39,260 nt of DNA, from positions 1-39,260 of the forward strand of contig PWXP01000101.1 of NCBI GenBank assembly GCA_003561895.1, given 5' to 3'. Below the pieces are notes generated by a model. It worked only from the letters and a program-made list of their open reading frames with translations, did no database searches and was not told where the DNA came from. Numbering within the stretch: the first letter of the stretch is position 1; each line of letters starts with the position of its first letter. Both the position numbers and the translations under genes were made by a program. Shown here one piece after another: positions 1 through 7,106 of this stretch. This DNA comes from Planctomycetaceae bacterium (GTDB lineage Bacteria > Planctomycetota > Planctomycetia > Pirellulales > Thermoguttaceae).

Positions 1-112
1 CGCGATGAGCGAGCGGATTTGGAACCCGGCCGCCGGGCGCGATTTTGAGGATTTTTCGCGGCGGTTGCGGGCCACCGACGCCGGGCTGACGGCCCTGCTG
101 GGCGACAGGTGA
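1..112 (+). CDS. 3' end of a CDS running off the left edge (partial, unidentified)
   Basis: Open frame from position 2 (AMSERIWNPAAGRDFEDFSRRLRATDAGLTALLGDR) ending at TGA 110-112. Too short to assign. Confidence 0.3.
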   Translation, partial: AMSERIWNPAAGRDFEDFSRRLRATDAGLTALLGDR

Positions 113-207
113 GCTGCCGGGATAAACCGGCGGGGCGCACGTGTTTTTTGGAGTGGGGGAACAGGGATTGGCGCGTTCGAGGACAAAATATCGAAGGAGC
201 CGCATTG

Positions 208-1356
208 GTGCAAGTAACCCCCACAACCCGCTCGGCGAGTCGGCCGCGACGTGCTGTGCCGGCGGCGCCGACGCTTGCTTACGCGCCGCACCTGGCCGAG
301 ACCCTCCCCCGGCTGCGGCAGTTGTACGACCGCCGGGCGGGCGACCGGATTTTCGCCCGGTTCCCGCTGCCCACGCCCGCCCTGAAGCGTTTCGCCCAGC
401 GATACGGTGAAGGGTTTTGCGAGTACCCGAGCGTGCCGGAGCGGATTGCCTTCTGGGACGAGCACTTGGGCGAGTTGGGGGCGCTGGAGGACGACAACCT
501 GCCGGCCGCGTACCTCAGCGAGATGGACCAGGGCCTCTACGGCGGCATGTTGGGAGGCAAGGCGCAGTTCCTTTCCGATCCGGCCACCGGCTGGATCAGC
601 TCGATGGTCAAGCCGTTGCTGCGCGATTGGTCGGAACTCGACCGCCTGCGCTTCGATCCGGAGCACGCTTGGTGGCGGCGCTACCTCGAACAGCTCGAGC
701 GGTACGTTGAGGCGGCAAGCGGCAAGTTCTGCTTGAGCCATTTCATCCTGATCGACGGGCTGAACTTCGTGTTCGAGCTGGTCGGCGCCACGGGCACGTA
801 CCTGGCGCTCGACGAGCATCCCGCCGAGGTCCGCCGCGCCATCGAGTTCGCCTTCGACTTGAACGTGCGCGTCCAGGAAGCGTTCTTCGACCGCGTGCCG
901 CTCTTCGAAGGGGGAACGGCGAGCAACATGGCCGGCTGGCTGCCCGGCGGGCGCATCGTCTCGGAAAGCGTCGATCCGTTCCACATGACCAGCGTCGATT
1001 ACTTCGAGCGCTGGGGCCGCGAACCGGTCGAGCGCATGTTGAATCACTTCGACGGCGGGGTGTTCCACCTCCACGGCAACGGGCGACATCTGCTCGAGGC
1101 CGTGTGCTCCCTTCGCGGCGTGAAGGCCATCTTTCTGGGCGACGACAAGCCGTTCCCCGCGGCGTTCGACATTCGGCACGAACTGCGCGCCCGCGCCGGC
1201 GACGTGCCGCTGATCCTCCAGGCCGAGTACGAGCCGTTCCGCGCCGCCTTGGCCGAGCGCAGCCTGCCGGGCGGGATGCTGTACGTCGTGGCCGGCGCGC
1301 CCGACGCGTCGGCGGCGAACCGGTTGATGGACGAGGTGCGGGCATACAGCGTGTAG
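208..1356 (+). CDS. Hypothetical cytoplasmic protein, family not recognised
   Basis: Long ORF with ordinary, non Arg/Pro-skewed composition. GAAGGAG lies 7 nt upstream of GTG 208, in frame with track ORF 109..1356. A uroporphyrinogen-decarboxylase-like TIM-barrel fold is only a guess. Confidence 0.6.
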   Translation: MQVTPTTRSASRPRRAVPAAPTLAYAPHLAETLPRLRQLYDRRAGDRIFARFPLPTPALKRFAQRYGEGFCEYPSVPERIAFWDEHLGELGALEDDNLPAAYLSEMDQGLYGGMLGGKAQFLSDPATGWISSMVKPLLRDWSELDRLRFDPEHAWWRRYLEQLERYVEAASGKFCLSHFILIDGLNFVFELVGATGTYLALDEHPAEVRRAIEFAFDLNVRVQEAFFDRVPLFEGGTASNMAGWLPGGRIVSESVDPFHMTSVDYFERWGREPVERMLNHFDGGVFHLHGNGRHLLEAVCSLRGVKAIFLGDDKPFPAAFDIRHELRARAGDVPLILQAEYEPFRAALAERSLPGGMLYVVAGAPDASAANRLMDEVRAYSV

Positions 1357-1430
1357 CGGCAAAGAATGCACGGCAATGTCGACGCCGTAGGGGATTGCCT
1401 TTCCACGGCCTATTTGGCTCCGGTGGCCGG

Positions 1431-1688
1431 CTACGGTCGATCGACCTGGATTTTGTTGACCAGTTGGCAGTCGCCAAGCACGGCCGACGCCGCTGTCTGG
1501 GCCACCTGCTTGTGGTAGTAGCTCGCCACGCGGCCCTCCAGCCGGACGATGCCGTCGGCGGCGTGGATCTGGACGCCGGCGCCGGCAAAACGCCCGGTGG
1601 CCTGCAAGGCACGCGCCACGTCGGCCCCGAGCCGGCGTTGCTCGGTGACGGGCGAGGGAGAATTGGCAAATGGGGTCTTATCATCCAT
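1431..1688 (-). CDS. Small BON-domain protein (85 aa, no signal peptide)
   Basis: Internal ATG of track ORF 1431..1955 (MDDKTPF...). AAGGA lies 11 nt upstream. The C-terminal pattern VQIHAADGIVRLEGRVASYYHKQVAQTAASAVLGDCQLVNKIQV is BON-like. Confidence 0.75.
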   Translation of the reverse strand: MDDKTPFANSPSPVTEQRRLGADVARALQATGRFAGAGVQIHAADGIVRLEGRVASYYHKQVAQTAASAVLGDCQLVNKIQVDRP

Positions 1689-1741
1689 GGGGTGGTGTCC
1701 TTGGGGGTGCGAGTTGCACGGGCCGATTGTGGGGCGGCGGT

Positions 1742-2071
1742 TCACGCGTGGTACGCCTGCCGGTGGGAACAGCTCGACTCGAACAGGGCGAGGAGCCGTT
1801 CGGCGCGTTCCAGCAGGACCCCCGCGCCGTGGGCGGCTACGCCACGCTGGTGGGGTACGTCGCACGCGAGGAACGCGCTGCGGCAGTGCGTGCAGTAGAC
1901 ACGTTGGCCAAGATATTCGACCTGAATCACGAGCTTCCGCCCGCAGGTGGGGCAAGATTGCTGAAAGTAAGTGGTAAAGGGTGCCTCCGGGTCGGGGTCA
2001 GGCGGGAGGGCCGTCCCAAGGCGCCGCGTCGCGGCAATCGGGCGCTGCGAAGGGTATTCGAGCGAGTTCAT
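1742..2071 (-). CDS. MJ0042-type zinc-ribbon protein (paralog of 5494..5739)
   Basis: Contains CPTCGRKLVIQVEYLGQRVYCTHC (CxxC...CxxC) followed by a helix LLERAERLL. AAAGGA lies upstream of the ATG. Co-directional with the sigma-54 activator genes. Confidence 0.7.
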   Translation of the reverse strand: MNSLEYPSQRPIAATRRLGTALPPDPDPEAPFTTYFQQSCPTCGRKLVIQVEYLGQRVYCTHCRSAFLACDVPHQRGVAAHGAGVLLERAERLLALFESSCSHRQAYHA

Positions 2072-2164
2072 GGTGCGTCCTTTCTATGTCCACAAAGTGC
2101 AGGGCTGCGCTAAAGGGTTTTGCTGTTGGGGGGCGGGGGCGGTACGCCCTGCCCCCGGCGCCGC

Positions 2165-2623
2165 CTAAACAAGGCAGCGCTGCGGACGGGTGGCTGGGGC
2201 GGGCTGGCGGCGTGCCGGCCGGGCCCGACCCACCCTCCGGTTCAGGTCGGCCTGCGCCATGGCCAAGCCCACGCCGTCGAGCAGGCGTTCCATGGGCACC
2301 GGCTTCTGGAAGCAGGCGTGCGCGGCGACGCCCGTACGGCGGGCCAGCGCCGCCGGCGGGGCGTTGCCGAGGATGAAGACGGCGGGCGTTTCGGCCCCGC
2401 GACCCATCTCCAACCAGAACGCCGCGACGGCCGCGTCGCCGCCCCACGTGGCGTCCAAGTCAATGACAACCACCTCGGGCGCCAGCCGGCGCGCCTTGAC
2501 CAGCCAATCGCTCCGATTGTGGGCGACCTCCACCCGGAAACCGCATTGGGAAAAGAAACGTTTCAGTGCACGGTGCGACGGGAATTCGCCGCCGGTACTC
2601 AGTATGGTGGCATCCATGAGCAT
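2165..2623 (-). CDS. Stand-alone response-regulator receiver-like protein with a degenerate acidic pocket
   Basis: CheY-like layout: ILSTGGE replaces the usual DD pocket, VVVIDLD keeps a candidate phospho-Asp, and FILGN and FQKPV keep the T/S and K positions. No output domain. Confidence 0.7.
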   Translation of the reverse strand: MLMDATILSTGGEFPSHRALKRFFSQCGFRVEVAHNRSDWLVKARRLAPEVVVIDLDATWGGDAAVAAFWLEMGRGAETPAVFILGNAPPAALARRTGVAAHACFQKPVPMERLLDGVGLAMAQADLNRRVGRARPARRQPAPATRPQRCLV

Positions 2624-2704
2624 CCTGCCTTTTTGCCGTGAGTGTGTAGGAATGGGTTTTCCTCTGCCGCAACGCCCCGAAGGCGCCGCGCAGTTCTTGA
2701 TGGG

Positions 2705-3685
2705 TTAGTGGTAGCCATTCTGCCAGTGCTTCAGCCGGCGCTGGAGGGTGCGCACGGAAATGCCGAGCGTCTTGGCGGCGCGGGTGCGGTTTCCCCGCCA
2801 TCGATCCAGGGTCTGCTGAATCACGGCCCGTTCGACGTCCTCCAGCGTCAAGCCCTCGGGAACTTCAAAGGGGTCCGCCTCCCGCTTGGGTTGCCTCCCG
2901 ACCATGTCGGGAAGGTCTTTCACGGTGAGCGTCGGCGAATCGGCCAGTACAAACATGCTTTCCACGCAGTTGCGCAACTGGCGGATGTTGCCCGGCCAAT
3001 GGTACGTCTGCAAGAATGTCATCAAATCTCGGTCGGGTTCGGGCCGAGGCTGATCGTAGGCCTCCGCAAACTCGTCGAGGAACCGGTGAACCAGCGGTTC
3101 GACGTCCTCGGGCCGGTCGCGCAGGGGAGGCAGGTTGATGGCCACGACGTTCAGCCGGTAGTAGAGTTCCTCGCGGAACTCGCCGTCGCGGACCATCTTC
3201 ACGAGGCTCCGATTCGTCGCCGCAATGACGCGGACGTCCAGGCTCCGGTCCTCGTTGCTGCCGACGGGCGTAACGCAGTGGTTCTCGAGTACCCGGAGCA
3301 GCTTGGCCTGGCATTCCAGGGCCAAATCGCCGATCTCGTCGATGACGATCGTGCCCCCCTGGGCGGCTTCGAACCGGCCGATTCGCTTTCCCGTCGAACC
3401 GGTGAAGGCCCCGGCCACGTGTCCGAAAAGCTCGCTTTCGATCAGGTTTTCGGGCACGGCTGCCATATTGACCACCACCAGCGGGCAGTTTCGGCGTGGG
3501 CTGTTGGCGTGGATCGCTTCGCCGATCAGTTCCTTTCCCGTGCCCGACTCGCCGGTGATCAGCACCGTGGCGTCGACCTTTGCCGCCCGGCTGGTCTGAT
3601 CGAGGACCGGAAGCATCAGGTCGGAACAGGTGGTGAGTTTGTCGAACACGGGCTTTCCGGCTCGTACTGCAGCGAGGGTTTGCAT
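2705..3685 (-). CDS. Sigma-54-dependent transcriptional activator (AAA+ plus Fis-type HTH, no N-terminal sensory or receiver domain)
   Basis: Walker A GESGTGKE, GAFTGS sigma-54 contact loop, Walker B IVIDEIG, WPGNIRQLRN, and a C-terminal HTH RAAKTLGISVRTLQRRLK. The AAA+ core starts about 25 aa from the N-terminus. Confidence 0.9.
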   Translation of the reverse strand: MQTLAAVRAGKPVFDKLTTCSDLMLPVLDQTSRAAKVDATVLITGESGTGKELIGEAIHANSPRRNCPLVVVNMAAVPENLIESELFGHVAGAFTGSTGKRIGRFEAAQGGTIVIDEIGDLALECQAKLLRVLENHCVTPVGSNEDRSLDVRVIAATNRSLVKMVRDGEFREELYYRLNVVAINLPPLRDRPEDVEPLVHRFLDEFAEAYDQPRPEPDRDLMTFLQTYHWPGNIRQLRNCVESMFVLADSPTLTVKDLPDMVGRQPKREADPFEVPEGLTLEDVERAVIQQTLDRWRGNRTRAAKTLGISVRTLQRRLKHWQNGYH

Positions 3686-4085
3686 GGTTGCATCTTCCTG
3701 ACGTGTCTGAGGAAAGCCGGCCCGTTCGCCTTTGGGGGTCCGGCGGGTTATGTTTTGGAGAGGACGGCCGTGCTACCTCCGTTTTGGGGTCGCGAACCCG
3801 CTTTCGGGCTGCTGCGCCGCCAAAACGCCTGCCGTCTCCTCCGGCGATGACGAACGTAAGTCATTCTCGCATACCCGCGAGCCGCGCCAATTCTTAATTT
3901 GTCTGATTTCGATGTAGTGGAATCCATTATCCCCAGCGGAGGCGAGAGAGCCTGACTTCCCGATCCGCACCCCCGCTTTGCCCGGTAAATGTCACGTTTT
4001 TTTTGACTTGTCCAGGCTCGGTCCTGCAGGGAATCCGGCACCGCGTGCCACGGATGCAACCGGCGGCGTGTCCGACTCGGCACCC

Positions 4086-4114
4086 TTGACCGCGCTCGAA
4101 AGCCCTGCTATGGT
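4086..4114 (+). promoter_or_regulatory. Candidate sigma-70 promoter for aroA
   Basis: TTGACC (4086-4091), 17-nt spacer, TATGGT (4109-4114). The expected start is about 14 nt before ATG 4135, leaving the GGGAG SD in the leader. Confidence 0.4.
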
Positions 4115-4134
4115 ATGGGGTGGGAGAAACATCT

Positions 4135-5421
4135 ATGTCGGAACCCGCGGCCATCGAGATTCAACCCTGCGGTCCGGTCGATGCGCGCATTCGTCCGCCG
4201 GGCTCGAAGAGCATCACGAATCGGGCTCTGGTGTGCGCGGCGCTGGCCGAGGGAAAGTCGGTCCTGGAAGAGGCGCTCGACAGCGAAGACACCCGGGTGA
4301 TGATCGAGGCGCTGCGGAAACTCGGTCTGCGGCCCAAGCACGACCCGGCAGCCCGGCAGGTGACCCTTCCGGGGGGCGGCGGTAAGGTGCCGGTAGGCGA
4401 TGCGGACATTGACGTGGGCAATAGCGGCACGACGCTCCGTTTTTTGACCGCCATGTTGACCCTCGGACACGGGAACTTTCGGTTGGACGGCACGGCACGG
4501 ATGCGGCAGCGGCCGGTGTCCGACCTGCTCGACGCGCTGGGGTCGCTGGGCGCCGACGTGCTCGACGAGTTGGGAACCGGCTGCCCCCCGGTGCGCGTCC
4601 ACGCGCGCGGATTGCCCGGCGGACGCGCCGTGGTGGCCGGCAGCATCTCGAGCCAGTTCCTCAGCGCCCTGCTGATGGCCGCCCCCTGCGCCCAGGGACC
4701 GGTGGAACTGGCCGTCGAGGGCGAACTGGTTTCCAAACCCTACGTGCGGATGACCCTCGAGGTGATGGAGGCGTTCGGCGTCGCGGTTGGCCGGGAAGCC
4801 TTTGAAAGCTTTTGGCTCGACGGCGCGCAGCGTTACGTCGCCCGGTGTTATAGTATCGAGCCCGACGCCTCGGCGGCCAGCTATTTCTTCGCCGCCGCGG
4901 CCATCACTGGGGGGCGCGTGACCGTGGAAGGGCTCTCGCAACGGTCCCTGCAGGGCGACGTGGCCTTTTGCGACTGCCTCGCGCAGATGGGCTGCGAGGT
5001 GGGCTACGAGGAACAGGCGGTCACGATTCGCGGCGGGCGGCTGCGCGGCGTCGAGGTCGACATGAACGCCATTAGCGATACCGTACCGACGCTCGCCGCC
5101 GTGGCCCTGTTTGCCGAGGAGCCGACAACGATTAAGCACGTCGGCCATATCCGCCATAAGGAAACCGACCGAATCGCGGCCCTGGCCGCCGAGCTGCGCA
5201 AACTGGGGGCCGAGGTCGAGGAGCGCCCCGACGGCCTGACGATCCGCCCCGGCCCGTTACGCGGCGCCGCGATCGACACCTACGACGACCACCGCATGGC
5301 CATGAGCCTCGGGCTGGCGGGGCTCCGCGTTCCGGGTGTGAAAATTCGCAACCCTGAATGCACCGCCAAGACCTATCCGGGTTTCTTCGACGACCTGCGC
5401 CGCGTAGCTGGCCGGAGTTAG
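4135..5421 (+). CDS. aroA: 3-phosphoshikimate 1-carboxyvinyltransferase (EPSP synthase)
   Basis: PPGSKSITNRAL, LDSEDTRVMIEALRKLG, GNSGTTLRFL, HKETDRIAALAAELRKLGA, DDHRMAMS. The start is placed at ATG 4135 (GGGAG SD) rather than the track start 4120. Confidence 0.93.
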   Translation: MSEPAAIEIQPCGPVDARIRPPGSKSITNRALVCAALAEGKSVLEEALDSEDTRVMIEALRKLGLRPKHDPAARQVTLPGGGGKVPVGDADIDVGNSGTTLRFLTAMLTLGHGNFRLDGTARMRQRPVSDLLDALGSLGADVLDELGTGCPPVRVHARGLPGGRAVVAGSISSQFLSALLMAAPCAQGPVELAVEGELVSKPYVRMTLEVMEAFGVAVGREAFESFWLDGAQRYVARCYSIEPDASAASYFFAAAAITGGRVTVEGLSQRSLQGDVAFCDCLAQMGCEVGYEEQAVTIRGGRLRGVEVDMNAISDTVPTLAAVALFAEEPTTIKHVGHIRHKETDRIAALAAELRKLGAEVEERPDGLTIRPGPLRGAAIDTYDDHRMAMSLGLAGLRVPGVKIRNPECTAKTYPGFFDDLRRVAGRS

Positions 5422-5512
5422 CGTGGGTAGACGGAGTTAGCGTGGGTAGACGGAGTTAGCGTGGGTAGACGGAGTTAGCGTGGGTAGACGGAGTTAGCGT
5501 GGGTAGACGGAG
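5418..5512. repeat. Perfect tandem repeat, 19 bp x 5 (TTAGCGTGGGTAGACGGAG)
   Basis: Copies start at 5418, 5437, 5456, 5475 and 5494, read directly. The array fills the gap between convergent aroA and the zinc-ribbon gene. Confidence 0.95.
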
Positions 5513-5739
5513 CGTATCTGGCACTTGCAGCGGTCGACGTTATCGAGTAGCTCGTCGGCTCGGCGCAGGAGTGCATTCTTTCCCAGGGCTTCATCTATGC
5601 GCAGATTGCTAGGGTCGCTGGCGATCAGCCGCCCCTGACAATGCTGGCAGACGACCTGCTTGCCCAGGTACTCCACGCGAATCTGTAGCAGTCGCCCGCA
5701 CGTCGGACACTCCTGGACGAAATAGGTGGAGTTCGACAT
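5494..5739 (-). CDS. MJ0042-type zinc-ribbon protein (paralog of 1742..2071)
   Basis: CPTCGRLLQIRVEYLGKQVVCQHC plus LLRRADELL. AGGAGG SD lies 8 nt upstream of ATG 5739. The last codons (VYPR-stop) lie in the final 19-bp repeat copy. Confidence 0.7.
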   Translation of the reverse strand: MSNSTYFVQECPTCGRLLQIRVEYLGKQVVCQHCQGRLIASDPSNLRIDEALGKNALLRRADELLDNVDRCKCQIRSVYPR

Positions 5740-5763
5740 GGCAGCACCTCCTGATTTGCGGGC

Positions 5764-5797
5764 ATTCCATTCACCAAGCCTTCATTCACCAAGCCTT
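5764..5797 (-). promoter_or_regulatory. 15-bp tandem direct repeat (CATTCACCAAGCCTT x2, 5768-5797) overlapping a candidate promoter of the zinc-ribbon gene
   Basis: The repeat was read directly. On the minus strand: TTGGTG (5792-5787), 17 nt, TGGAAT (5769-5764), about 25 nt before the ATG. The repeat is certain; the promoter is weak. Confidence 0.35.
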
Positions 5798-5974
5798 AGT
5801 TTACCAGGAGCCGGACGGAGGTCAAGCACAACTCGACCGATCGCACGAAAGTGGGTAAAAATAGGAGGCCTGGGAAGCCTGCGCAGCATTAAATAGGGCC
5901 GCGACCAGTGCTCGCGCCACAAGTCGCGTCGGTCGCGTTCTATCGGCGCGACCACCGGTCGCGGCTTTATGCGG

Positions 5975-6658
5975 CTAACGAATCCGGCGGACCGACTCGA
6001 TCAGCACCGTTTTCACGGGTGTCTGGTCGAAATGTTCGGTCTGCGTAACCTCCACCTCGGCAATCCGATCCACCACGTCGAGCCCGTCTGTCACTTGGCC
6101 GAACACGCAATAGCCGAAGCCTTCGACACTGCGGTCCTGGTGGTCAAGAAATGGGTTGTCCCGCACGTTGATGAAGAAGTGGGCTGTCGCGCTGTCGATT
6201 GCGTCGGCGTCGCGGACCATGGCGATGGTGCCGCGGCTGTTCGTCAAGCCATTGTCGGCCTCGTTGCGTACGGGCGTACGGGTTGGCTTGGCCGCGAAAT
6301 CCGGCGTGAAAAGCCCGCCTAGAATCCCCTGGTTCGCGTATACCTGGTCAAAGATGGTCCCGTCGTAGTGTCCTCGCTCGACGTAGTGCAGGAAGTTGTC
6401 CACCGTAAGGGGTGCCTTTTCCGCGTCGAGTTGGAAGGTAATCGCCCCGAACGAGGTCACCATTTCCACGACCGGCCACCTTGCGTCGGGCGCTGGTTGC
6501 TCGTCATGCGGGGCGCCATCGTCCTGCCCGGCCTGGCCCGGGCTGTTGATTGCGGCGGCGGGCGCCGTGCCTTCCGAACCGCCGCCCCCACACCCGCCAA
6601 GCCCCAGCGGAGCCAGGATGCACATCATGCCGAATGTCGTGTGCCAACTCGATCGCAT
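5975..6658 (-). CDS. Cyclophilin-type peptidyl-prolyl cis-trans isomerase, probable lipoprotein
   Basis: Cyclophilin motifs are present (FQLDAEKAPLTVDNFLHYVERGHYDGTIFDQV, GTIAMVRD, HFFINV, YCVFGQVTDGLDVVDRI). The N-terminal signal has a lipobox LGGC. AAGGAGGG SD. Confidence 0.9.
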   Translation of the reverse strand: MRSSWHTTFGMMCILAPLGLGGCGGGGSEGTAPAAAINSPGQAGQDDGAPHDEQPAPDARWPVVEMVTSFGAITFQLDAEKAPLTVDNFLHYVERGHYDGTIFDQVYANQGILGGLFTPDFAAKPTRTPVRNEADNGLTNSRGTIAMVRDADAIDSATAHFFINVRDNPFLDHQDRSVEGFGYCVFGQVTDGLDVVDRIAEVEVTQTEHFDQTPVKTVLIESVRRIR

Positions 6659-6852
6659 GTCGAACCCTCCTTGCTAATTGGGTTGGTTCTGCCGGGAACC
6701 CCAGCGTCCATCCATAAGTTCGGTTATCATCGAGAGAATGGCATTTCAACGCAACACCTCTTTCTTGGACCCCGAGGCCCCATGGAGTTGGGGTTGTGCG
6801 CAATCTACGCAGGCAGGGTGTTGTTTCCGGCCCGGTTAGGTGGTAGCATAGA

Positions 6853-6951
6853 GGCTCTTCCGTTTCTAGGTGCAGGCCTCGCCAATGTAGTAGGCACACG
6901 CCGCTGTGCCGTCTCCCGGAAAAGCAATCTTCACCTAGAAACGGAAGAGCC
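6853..6951. repeat. 99-bp element with perfect 20-bp terminal inverted repeats and a nested hairpin
   Basis: GGCTCTTCCGTTTCTAGGTG (6853-6872) is the exact reverse complement of 6932-6951. The 59-nt interior holds GGCACA-CGCCGC-TGTGCC (6893-6910). It lies in a lower-GC non-coding stretch. Confidence 0.85.
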
Positions 6952-7106
6952 AGAATAGAATTGCTTCCGTAGGCCGAACTACCCAACGGCCCTAATCGTT
7001 GGTAAGGTGATGGAGGTTGGCCAATCGGGTGGGAGAGAGCGGACCCTGCCTGCGGGCAACCGAATGGCATACGCGAAACGATTCCCCATTTGCAAGCATT
7101 CAAGCA

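Noticed and set aside
743-1684. 313-aa minus-strand ORF antisense to the first CDS
   Set aside because: Extreme Arg/Pro/Ala/Gly composition (RRARRPRRTASRPAG...). It lies opposite a normally composed gene and also spans the BON gene region. This is a typical high-GC shadow ORF.
2642-3850. 402-aa plus-strand ORF opposite the sigma-54 activator
   Set aside because: The minus-strand frame carries textbook AAA+/GAFTGS/HTH motifs. The plus frame has no recognisable motifs and a skewed composition.
3997-4004. T8 run in the aroA upstream region as an intrinsic terminator
   Set aside because: No GC-rich hairpin precedes it on either strand. It is more likely just an AT-rich promoter-region feature.
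4040-4058. TGGCACGCGGTGCC on the minus strand as a possible sigma-54 -24/-12 promoter upstream of the activator operon
   Set aside because: The GG to GC spacing is about 8 nt rather than the required 10. There is no TTGC-like -12 element, and the site is ~360 nt from the start codon.
4108-5157. 349-aa minus-strand ORF antisense to aroA
   Set aside because: aroA motifs are unambiguous on the plus strand. The antisense frame is Gly/Arg/His-rich with no start context.
5418-5512. The tandem arrays here and at 14560-14629 and 26780-26815, considered as CRISPR-like
   Set aside because: The units are directly adjacent with no unique spacers, they are 12-21 bp long, and two of the arrays are in-frame coding repeats. 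No cas genes are present.
5762-5776. TGGTGA-N5-ATGC (minus strand) as a sigma-54 promoter for the second zinc-ribbon gene
   Set aside because: The GG-N10-GC spacing fits, but only about half the consensus matches. The predicted start site would fall inside or after the AGGAGG ribosome-binding site. A sigma-70-like reading fits the geometry better.
6738-6839. 33-codon plus-strand ORF (MAFQRNTSFLDPEAPWSWGCAQSTQAGCCFRPG) in the lower-GC gap, considered as a Cys-rich peptide or RiPP precursor
   Set aside because: There are no adjacent modification or export genes. The SD is only weak (GAGAG), the ORF is very short, and it runs up to within ~13 nt of the inverted-repeat element. I cannot support it from sequence alone.
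6660-7106. Lower-GC non-coding stretches here and at 3686-4134, 19373-19524 and 38945-39260, scanned for tRNA, tmRNA or rRNA genes
   Set aside because: I found no cloverleaf-compatible segments, no GTTCGAATC-type T-arm and no conserved rRNA blocks. They read as promoter or repeat regions.
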